Shown here piece by piece: positions 39,465 to 46,882 of a stretch of DNA of 64,000 nucleotides; the stretch's first letter is position 1, and the number at the start of each line of letters is the position of its first letter. Position numbers and translations under genes: made by a program. This DNA is from an uncultured Acidobacteriaceae bacterium (GTDB lineage: Bacteria > Acidobacteriota > Terriglobia > Terriglobales > Acidobacteriaceae). A model generated the notes under the pieces. That model was given only the letters and a program-made list of their open reading frames with translations, did not search any database and had not been told where the DNA came from. The stretch spans positions 745,579-809,578 of the forward strand of contig CAVXBB010000016.1 in NCBI GenBank assembly GCA_963759875.1. The letters are read 5' to 3'.

Positions 39465-39849
39465 TCTATAAAAAGGGAGGTCAAGAAAAAAGTTCTGCCT
39501 AGACCGGAATGGAGATTGGTTTCTCGAGATCCAGCCCACGTTCCATTGGCTTCGCTGCAGGTTTTGTCTTTGGGCTCTCATAAGTTTCTCTGCTACAGGT
39601 GGCGCCATCGAGTTGAGAGAGCAACAAGCGAGTAGTGGTTGAATGTCAACCATGGTTCTATCCGAGGCTCGTGGCCTATGGCTATTTCTGGTTATCCGAG
39701 GGGGCATAACGTGATATGAGTGACTCGGTGCTCATGCACACAGGGCCAGATCTCAAAACCTGATACTTCCCTCGAACCGAGCATCCCGAGAACCCGACCG
39801 GCCACCACCGACGAGAAACTGTGATGGGAGGGCTGTTCCTCAGCGATGC

Positions 39850-40917
39850 TCAAGCTGCTTGTCGCTGCAACTGTTGGATGTCGAAATTCGCTCCTTTCTT
39901 CCACATGGTTAATGTGATGGCTGCAATCTTCCGTGCCAGAGTGAGGCGGGCCATGGTCGGCCGCATGCCTTTGGCAACTCGTGCAAGATAAAAATCCTGC
40001 AAAGGGCCGGGACGTGTGCTGGCGGAGATGGCTGCTCCTTTGAAAAGATTCTTCAGGTCGGAATTGTGGTTGTCATTCAGACCACATACGGTAATGCGCT
40101 CGCGGTTGCGTTGCAGTTTGCCTCGCACCCAACGGTACTCACCACTGTCGTGAACCTCTACGGCGAAACCGCAATACGCCCAGAGCTGGCGCTTGGTACG
40201 AAAACGGTGCGGTGTTTGCAGCAGGGCCACGAGTAGAGCTGCTCGAATCGGACCGATCGAAGGAATCTGGCGAAGCAATTTTACGGCCGCGTGTTTCTGA
40301 CTTTCCAGCAACAGCTGGCGGCGCGCTTCCTGACGCACGGGTTCGAGACTGTCCAATTGCTGGTATAAATGTTCGGCTCGAATCCGCACCCCTGGTTCCA
40401 CTAGCTTGGCCAGCCATTCGGCACGATGACGGCGAGTGTAGACGCTGGTGCCCGCACAAGGAATGGCCCAACTTCGATAAACCGATTTAATCCGATTCAT
40501 CACCCGGGTCATATCCTTGGTGAGGGTTAAATAACTTCGCCCCAACTCTTTTAAAGCCCGGGTTCCATGCTCTCCGTGGAACACCGGCTTGACTTGGTTG
40601 GTACGTAACAACTCTGCCAACTTGCGCGCATCCACCCGATCATTCTTGTTGCCATCCTGCAACAGAGCGTTCTTGCGCGGATCGCAGACCACCAACCGGC
40701 TGACATAGGACTTCAGCAAATCGTGCAACCAGGCTGCCGAGGTCCCTTCCTCGAAGGTCAATGCCAGAGTTCCACGCAGTCCTTGAACGAACTCCAGAAT
40801 CGTGCTTGCCTTCGTTTCGAGCACGCTTTCCATGATCAGCTTGCCCTGTACATCCCTCACCGCCACGGAAATGGTGGCTTGATGAACGTCCATACCGATA
40901 TACTTCTCTTGACTCAT
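39850..40917 (-). CDS. IS110-family transposase (DEDD recombinase)
   Basis: 355-aa ORF with N-terminal YIGMDVHQATISVAV and a C-terminal Transposase_20-type region (LRQIPSIGPIRAALLVA...). Element ends not resolved. Confidence 0.88.
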   Translation of the reverse strand: MSQEKYIGMDVHQATISVAVRDVQGKLIMESVLETKASTILEFVQGLRGTLALTFEEGTSAAWLHDLLKSYVSRLVVCDPRKNALLQDGNKNDRVDARKLAELLRTNQVKPVFHGEHGTRALKELGRSYLTLTKDMTRVMNRIKSVYRSWAIPCAGTSVYTRRHRAEWLAKLVEPGVRIRAEHLYQQLDSLEPVRQEARRQLLLESQKHAAVKLLRQIPSIGPIRAALLVALLQTPHRFRTKRQLWAYCGFAVEVHDSGEYRWVRGKLQRNRERITVCGLNDNHNSDLKNLFKGAAISASTRPGPLQDFYLARVAKGMRPTMARLTLARKIAAITLTMWKKGANFDIQQLQRQAA

Positions 40918-41195
40918 AAAGGCGCTCCTTTTCGGTAAGTGTGCGGTTCCAACGACTCACAACCTACCGCAAAAGTGGGCGCCTTTTTATATTGCGTGAT
41001 ATGGGGATTTATCGCCAGTAACGATCCCACACTCGACCAAACCGTCATTTTTTCAGGACGGTAATTGGACTGACGACAGGTGGCTGGACTTCGTCCTGCA
41101 ATTGCCATCCATCCAACGAATCGCTGGCAATTTTGTCAGTTGGAGATCACTGCAGACAGACGTACAAACACTGCTAAATGCCAGTGCCTATGGTG

Positions 41196-41897
41196 ATGAT
41201 GAACAAAAGCATCTGCACCTTGAGTATTTTGGCACTCACGTTCGCTCCGCTTGTGGCTGCACAAAACCAGGATTCGGTCAAGGCTGAGGAGAAATCCAGC
41301 GCCGAGAGCCGAGGAATCAAGCATCTTTTCAACTACCTAAACATGGCAGGCACAGCGAAGGCTAGCGAATTCCAACCCTTAACTCAACATGAGCGAACCC
41401 AACTCTACCTAAAGACGATGGTAAACCCCTTAGGTTACCTGAAGGTTGGATTCTCGGCAGGAATCGATCAATGGAAAGACAAACCTTCAGAGTGGGAACA
41501 AGGGGCGTCCGGGTACGGTAAGCGATTTGCGAACATCCTAGGCCAGTATTCAATTCAGCGCACGGTAACGTTCAGTCTGAGTAGCGTCTTACACGAAGAC
41601 AACCGCTATTTCAATTCGGGCAAGAAGGGGCTCTGGTCTCGCACTGGGTATGCCGTGGCGAGCGGCATCCTTGCGCGGCACGATGATGGAACCCGGCACC
41701 TCTCGATTTCCCAATTGGGCGGGGTGGCAGCTGGTGCTTTTCTGTCTCGCTTTTGGCAGCCTCCGAGCACGCACTCTGCGGGGAGTGGAGCCGTCAGCTT
41801 TGGCATCACCATGGCGAGCAATATGGGATTCGGCGTAGTGAAAGAATTTCTTCCCGATCTAGGGCGCGCGATCACAAACGCGCGCAAGGGGCAGTGA
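41196..41897 (+). CDS. secreted hypothetical protein
   Basis: Start placed at Met 41196 (MMNKSICTLSILALTFAPLVAAQ). Contains a conserved-looking ...GYGKRFA...HEDNRYF... core. No family name recalled. Confidence 0.55.
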   Translation: MMNKSICTLSILALTFAPLVAAQNQDSVKAEEKSSAESRGIKHLFNYLNMAGTAKASEFQPLTQHERTQLYLKTMVNPLGYLKVGFSAGIDQWKDKPSEWEQGASGYGKRFANILGQYSIQRTVTFSLSSVLHEDNRYFNSGKKGLWSRTGYAVASGILARHDDGTRHLSISQLGGVAAGAFLSRFWQPPSTHSAGSGAVSFGITMASNMGFGVVKEFLPDLGRAITNARKGQ

Positions 41898-42222
41898 GTG
41901 CCTTCCTTAACAGCAGACCAAGGCATTAATAATCATTGGCCATCCGCGACTCTAGTACATGGAAGTTAACTGACGTTAACAGGTTCAGCATGACGGTCTA
42001 CCGTCGCAACCAAGCATGAAAATGTGTGTGTGCTAGGCGCACAATGCTGGGTGCCGCTGCCGACCAAGCTCGGAATCATCGCACTAGCGCGGTAGTTAGA
42101 GCCTGTTTAACAGGTTGAGCGGGACGCCCTAGGAACAACCGAGTGTAGCCTCCTACGGGAGAGCGCGAAAGGGAGAATCTTTAGACAACTGGCGTCTTCG
42201 GCAGTGGCCGAAGGAGAACGCC

Positions 42223-43470
42223 ATGAAGGTTCATCGCAACTGCTGCGGACTCGATGTGCACAAGCAAACCATCGCCGCCTGTCTGATTTACCAAGACGGG
42301 AGTGGAAATACATACAAAGAGAAACGGCTGTTCGGCACAATGACGCGAGACTTGCGCGAACTCGCCCAGTGGTTGCGCGGGGCTGAGGTGAGTGCCGTCG
42401 CCATGGAAGCCACGGGCGTTTATTGGGTACCCGTGTGGAATGTGCTTGAGCGGGCGGGCTTGCACCTACTGCTCATCAACCCAGAACATTACAAAGCGGT
42501 CCGCGGTAAAAAGACTGATCTGAAAGACGGCGAGCGGATCGCAGAGTTGTTGCAGGACGGACGCTTGGAAGCCAGTTTCGTTCCTTCCCCCCAGCTTCGG
42601 ATTCTGCGCGATCTGACCCGCTATCGCGTGAAGTTAGTGCAGCATCAATCCTCCGTCGCCTGCCGCATTCAGAAGCTACTGGAGCAGTGCAACATCAAAC
42701 TCGGCTCGGTAGCCAGCAACGTGTTGGGCGTCAGTGGCACAGCCATGTTGCAGGCGTTGGCAAGTGGGGAGACCAACCCGGAACGCCTTGCCGACTTGTC
42801 CAAGAAGCAACTCCGCAAAAAGATTCCGGCACTGCGGCTCGCGCTGGACGGGTACCTCATGCCGCATCACCGCTTTCTGCTACGCGACATGCTGGATGAG
42901 CTCACCCAGATCGAGGCCCAACTTTCGCGCTTGGAAGCGGAAATCGAAAGGAACATTCCACCTTTTCAGAACGCTCTCCAGGCATGGATGAGCATACCCG
43001 GCGTCAAGCAGCGTGTGGCGTGGACGCTGGTGGCCGAGATCGGCCCTGACATGCAGGTGTTCCCCTCACCCGCGCACATCGCCAGCTGGGCCGGAGTCTG
43101 TCCGGGAAACAACGAGAGCGCGGGCAAGCGGAAAAGCGGAAAAACGCGCAAAGGAAACTGCTGGGCACGGCGGGCACTCTGCGAGGCCGCTTGGGTTGCA
43201 GCCAAGGCCAAGAAAAGCTATCTCGCTGCCCAGTTCCGTCGGCTTGCCGCCACACGCGGAAACAAGCGAGCCATTATTGCTGTCGCCCACACCATTCTGA
43301 CTATCGGCTATCACATGCTCCAGCGCGGCACCCTCTACCAAGATCTCGGTGCCAACTACTTCGACCAACGCCACGTCCTCCGCACCACGAAACGCCTGGT
43401 GAAGAGACTTGAAGCTCTGGGTCATCGAGTCATCTTGCAGTCGGCTCTTTCTAACGCAGGCAGCGCATGA
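42223..43470 (+). CDS. IS110-family transposase (DEDD recombinase)
   Basis: 415-aa ORF with CCGLDVHKQTIAACL, VAMEATGVYW and MSIPGVKQRVAWTLVAEIGPDM...IASWAGVCPGNNESAGK. Preceded by a ~280-nt structured leader, with only ~14 nt after the stop before a repeat. Confidence 0.9.
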   Translation: MKVHRNCCGLDVHKQTIAACLIYQDGSGNTYKEKRLFGTMTRDLRELAQWLRGAEVSAVAMEATGVYWVPVWNVLERAGLHLLLINPEHYKAVRGKKTDLKDGERIAELLQDGRLEASFVPSPQLRILRDLTRYRVKLVQHQSSVACRIQKLLEQCNIKLGSVASNVLGVSGTAMLQALASGETNPERLADLSKKQLRKKIPALRLALDGYLMPHHRFLLRDMLDELTQIEAQLSRLEAEIERNIPPFQNALQAWMSIPGVKQRVAWTLVAEIGPDMQVFPSPAHIASWAGVCPGNNESAGKRKSGKTRKGNCWARRALCEAAWVAAKAKKSYLAAQFRRLAATRGNKRAIIAVAHTILTIGYHMLQRGTLYQDLGANYFDQRHVLRTTKRLVKRLEALGHRVILQSALSNAGSA

Positions 43471-43484
43471 TCAATTTTCAAGGG

Positions 43485-43525
43485 AGGCGATTTGACTCAA
43501 ACCCCCTGCCGTGGTCATTTTGAGT
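43485..43525 (+). repeat. hairpin repeat, copy 2
   Basis: AGGCGATTTGACTCAAACCCCCTGCCGTGGTCATTTTGAGT. Differs from 39424-39464 at only a few positions. Confidence 0.7.
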
Positions 43526-43580
43526 GGTATAGGGATATTTCGACAGTACAGGCTGTTGGTGAAATGGGGGCCTTCTTCGG

Positions 43581-44114
43581 ATGAATCCTGTCACATCTGA
43601 CAGTTCAAAAACAGCTGAGGGTCGCTTAAGGTTTTTGGGGATTAGTCGCCCTTTCGGACATTCGCAGGTGAAGAATTCTCTTTCCTACGCGTCGATTGCA
43701 GTCGCTCTCCTGGCCTTGGGGTCTTTGGGGTTCAGGGCTTCATCGAGATCCACGCCCTCACTGAAGAGCTATGCCCCGCCGCCCAGTTCTGTTGTGATCT
43801 GTGGCATTCAGGATCATCCGTGCGCGACATACACTGTTTCCTTCCACGAGCCCGCCATCGGCTATGGCGACTCACAGGGAGAAGGTGTGACTGACTACAC
43901 CGCCAAAACCATTTCCGTTGCACGGAGCAACGATCGCTTCACGAACGTGAGGGCACTTCAACACGAGGTCTACCATGCGGTTCTCTGGGAACGTGGTTTT
44001 CGCGACGCTGACACATGGGACATTCATGCCTGGATTTACTTTTCCGAGGGGGCATTCCCCATCCTCTTTCACGACAACCCAGAGTTGGTCAAATACCTGA
44101 CGGCAGGATACTAG
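43581..44114 (+). CDS. membrane-anchored hypothetical protein with HExxH motif
   Basis: 177-aa ORF with a TM helix (SIAVALLALGSLGF) and ALQHEVYHAVLWERG, suggesting a small zinc metallopeptidase-like fold. Confidence 0.45.
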   Translation: MNPVTSDSSKTAEGRLRFLGISRPFGHSQVKNSLSYASIAVALLALGSLGFRASSRSTPSLKSYAPPPSSVVICGIQDHPCATYTVSFHEPAIGYGDSQGEGVTDYTAKTISVARSNDRFTNVRALQHEVYHAVLWERGFRDADTWDIHAWIYFSEGAFPILFHDNPELVKYLTAGY

Positions 44115-44196
44115 GTTAAGGTGGTTCCTATTAAACGCAATCAAGGACATCAATTACTTTGGTCGGGTTGCGTACGTCACCTGATGACTTCGGGGA

Positions 44197-44607
44197 TTAC
44201 GGCTGGATAAGCGGAAGCGCCGATGCGAATTGAAGGTCAATCATCAACTGCATCTGCCTGTCCAGCTGGTAGAACAGTGCTGTATTTTGGGGTGAGAGTA
44301 TTTTGCGGAATTTCGGAATATACCTCTTACTCAACCGCGCCAGAGATTCACCGAGATCCGGCCACTGCTTAACGGCGCTTTCGGCTTCGGTATCAGTCAG
44401 GGCACCGCGGGTTTGCACGTGCTGTTTGATTAATTGGTATTTCGCGTCATCGATCTTGGCCAATTCCGAAATGTATTGTTCGTAAACGGGCCAGAATCTC
44501 TGCGCTTCCGCGTCACTCAGCTTCATGTTACTGGCCATTATTTCCACGCGGTTAGAACAGACATTAAGCATTACAACAGACGGATACATGTTCCAACTAT
44601 GATGCAT
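44197..44607 (-). CDS. hypothetical helical protein (Spy/CpxP-like?), possibly 5'-truncated
   Basis: 136-aa ORF. KLSDAEAQRFWPVYEQYISELAKIDD...LSPQNTALFYQLDRQMQLMIDLQ looks like a periplasmic helical repeat, but no signal peptide is present. Confidence 0.35.
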   Translation of the reverse strand: MHHSWNMYPSVVMLNVCSNRVEIMASNMKLSDAEAQRFWPVYEQYISELAKIDDAKYQLIKQHVQTRGALTDTEAESAVKQWPDLGESLARLSKRYIPKFRKILSPQNTALFYQLDRQMQLMIDLQFASALPLIQP

Positions 44608-44833
44608 GCTGTTTACCTTTTTAGCTTTCTGAAATTGAAGTCGAGTTTTTACCGCAGCTTAGAAAAGCTAGTCGTTCACGAGTTCATTGGCAACAGTAGG
44701 ATTTACGGGTGAACGACTCGAAAACATTAGGATCACACATAGGGCCGTGCTCGCAATTTGTACTCTGCTCCGCCCCGTTCTGTTCCAGGGTCGAAATCTC
44801 GTCAACCGTTACTGACCTGCCCCCTGCTTTCGT

Positions 44834-45751
44834 TCACGTAAGAATACGACAAACTTCAACTGCTCCCTCTCCGGTTTCAGCCGGGATGGGGGTGTGCGAG
44901 GGGCAAGGGACGGCGTCTGAGTTTCTTGCCCCTCGCTCAGTTCTGTCGGAGCTTGCGGCTTCGGCAGCAGCAAACTCTTTCGGCGTTCGATATCCCAAGC
45001 TGCTGTGCGGACGCTCTTCGTTGTACTCCTTCCGCCACGCCATGATCTTTCGCCGCGCATCGAACAAGTTCTGAAACCAACTTATCGCCAAGCATTCCTC
45101 GCGCAGCCGTCCGTGGAAACTTTCCACGTGTGCGTTCTGCGTCGGCCTTCCCGGTTGAATGTGTACTAGCTCGATCTGCTGCTCGATGCACCACGCTAGA
45201 AAGTGCCGGCTCGTCAGCTCCGGCCCGTTATCGCAGCGAATCACCTGCGGGCGTCCGCGCTCGGCCACAATCGCCTCCAACACCCGTGTCACTCTCCGGC
45301 TGGCAAAACTCGTATCCACTTCCAAGGCCAAACATTCCCGTGTGTAGGCATCGACCACGCTCAGCACCCGGATCGCTCTCCCGCACGCCACCGCGTCATG
45401 CGCGAAATCCAGCGCCCACTCCTGGTTCGCCGCTGTCCAGTTCCGCAGCGGTTGCCCGACCCGCACACAGTGTTTGCGCTTCTTCCGCCGAATCATCAGT
45501 CCCGCTTCGCGATAGATCCGATGGAGTCTCTTGTGGTTCACGTGCTCTCCACTGCGTCGCAGTAGCACATGCAGCCGCCGATATCCAAAACGCGGCTTCT
45601 CCCGTGCCAACTCAACCAACCGCGTCCGCAACGGCTCATCCGAACGCTGGCTGCGGTAGCGGTACGTCGTCACCGCCAGCATCATCAGCCGGCATGCTCG
45701 CCGCTCGCTGAAGGCGTACTCTTGCTTCATCTGCTCGATAGCGGCCTTCAA
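44834..45751 (-). CDS. IS3-family transposase OrfB (rve integrase core)
   Basis: 305-aa ORF with YRRLHVLLRRSGEHVNHKRLHRIYRE, WALDFAHD, a DDE core and ...EERPHSSLGYRTPKEFA. Confidence 0.9.
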   Translation of the reverse strand: MKAAIEQMKQEYAFSERRACRLMMLAVTTYRYRSQRSDEPLRTRLVELAREKPRFGYRRLHVLLRRSGEHVNHKRLHRIYREAGLMIRRKKRKHCVRVGQPLRNWTAANQEWALDFAHDAVACGRAIRVLSVVDAYTRECLALEVDTSFASRRVTRVLEAIVAERGRPQVIRCDNGPELTSRHFLAWCIEQQIELVHIQPGRPTQNAHVESFHGRLREECLAISWFQNLFDARRKIMAWRKEYNEERPHSSLGYRTPKEFAAAEAASSDRTERGARNSDAVPCPSHTPIPAETGEGAVEVCRILT

Positions 45752-45753
45752 CG

Positions 45754-46053
45754 CTACGAGCTCCAGCCGTTTTTTCGGATCACCGACTGCAATGCTTCTT
45801 TGTCCAAGCTCAGATCCGCGACCAGCTTCCGCAGTCGCATGTTCTCATCGCGTAACTGCTTCGCTTCTTGCGCCTGGCTAACATCCATCCCACCGTACTT
45901 GGCCTTCCAGCCGTAGATCGTGTGCTTAGAAACTCCAACCTCGCGTGCCACATCTTCCACTGCTCGACCTGCTTCCACTTGCTTCAAGGCAGCGATCATC
46001 TGCGCTTCCGTGTGCCTGCTCCGAGACATGCTTGTTTCCCCTTTCCCTCCCAA
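45754..46053 (-). CDS. IS3-family transposase OrfA (HTH)
   Basis: 99-aa ORF: SRHTEAQMIAALKQVEAGRAVEDVAREVGVSKHTIYGWKAKYGGMDVSQAQE...LRKLVADL. The A AAA AAC run at 45769-45776 (minus strand) is the likely -1 frameshift site into OrfB. Confidence 0.9.
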   Translation of the reverse strand: MGGKGETSMSRSRHTEAQMIAALKQVEAGRAVEDVAREVGVSKHTIYGWKAKYGGMDVSQAQEAKQLRDENMRLRKLVADLSLDKEALQSVIRKNGWSS

Positions 46054-46322
46054 AAATCATACTCAGCTTTGTTCGGAAAGAGGGGATCAAATCATTACCA
46101 CCACTTCGTGTTCGCTAGGATCGGTCATCACCGGGCGCAAGTGGGCTTCCACCACCACTCCTTTGACACGCAGTTCAAACGTCGGCGGCTTCTCTCGCGG
46201 GTCAGATTTCATGGTTGTGCACCTACATTGGCCGCCGAACGCATACTTTGAGGGCGGGGAACTGGGAATTAGTGACGCTCACACCACGAATTATCTATCC
46301 CAGCTAATGACAGGCCTGATCA

Positions 46323-46430
46323 TTGACCCGTGCGGTGGCTACGGCTGCCGCCGTGACGGAAGTGCCCGGCCTGGGAGTGGATTCGGCGCAACAGATCATT
46401 GCAGAGGTAGGAATCACCGCTTGGCGAAAA
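46323..46430 (+). pseudogene. IS110-family transposase internal fragment
   Basis: ...VTEVPGLGVDSAQQIIAEVG... is the helix-hairpin-helix piece of the Transposase_20 domain. Nothing else of the gene remains. Confidence 0.5.
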
Positions 46431-46519
46431 CTTCAACGCACATCAAAACCTCGCAGGGGGTGCAGTAAACGAGGCGACTGCACTCAAAATCCCCGCCACG
46501 AGTCGATGAGTGCTACAGA

Positions 46520-46838
46520 GATTTTGCAACTACCACTAGCGAAAATGCGAACAGGGCATTGGCTTTTCGAGCCGTCTGTTCAGGCTGCCCGGCTCACGGT
46601 TAGCTTCAACGTGGATGACGCTCTGTCTTTGAACTAACAGGTTCAATATCTCCGTAAGAAGCAAATCCCTCTTCTGCTTGTGTGGTTGAACGCCAATCAG
46701 CTCACAAAGGAAAAGTATCTCGTCATTTTGCACGGCAGTTGTTTTAATAGCAAAAAAGGAATTGGCACACCTGTCAAAACTTACAGGGGCCTCGTTGATG
46801 CATTTAATCCCTCGTGCAATAACTACCTCTATCAGGCG
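46520..46838 (-). repeat. 319-bp perfect inverted repeat, right copy
   Basis: Exact reverse complement of 30274-30592. Confidence 0.95.
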
Positions 46839-46862
46839 ATTTGACTCATTGACCTCAATGAG
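46834..46862 (+). repeat. hairpin repeat, copy 3 (variant stem)
   Basis: AGGCGATTTGACTCATTGACCTCAATGAG. Has the same 15-nt head but a different perfect 8-bp stem (CTCATTGA/TCAATGAG). Confidence 0.6.
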
Positions 46863-46882
46863 CGTTATCGGGATATTTCAAC

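Larger units (their letters stand above)
44813..46094 (-). mobile_element. IS3-family (IS407-group-like) insertion sequence with 4-bp TTAC target-site duplication
   Basis: Termini are TGACCTGCCCCCTGCTTTCG... and ...AGGGGATCAAATCA (TG..CA, imperfect IRs). TTAC occurs at 44809-44812 and 46095-46098. Encodes orfA and orfB with an A6 slippery run. Confidence 0.88.
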
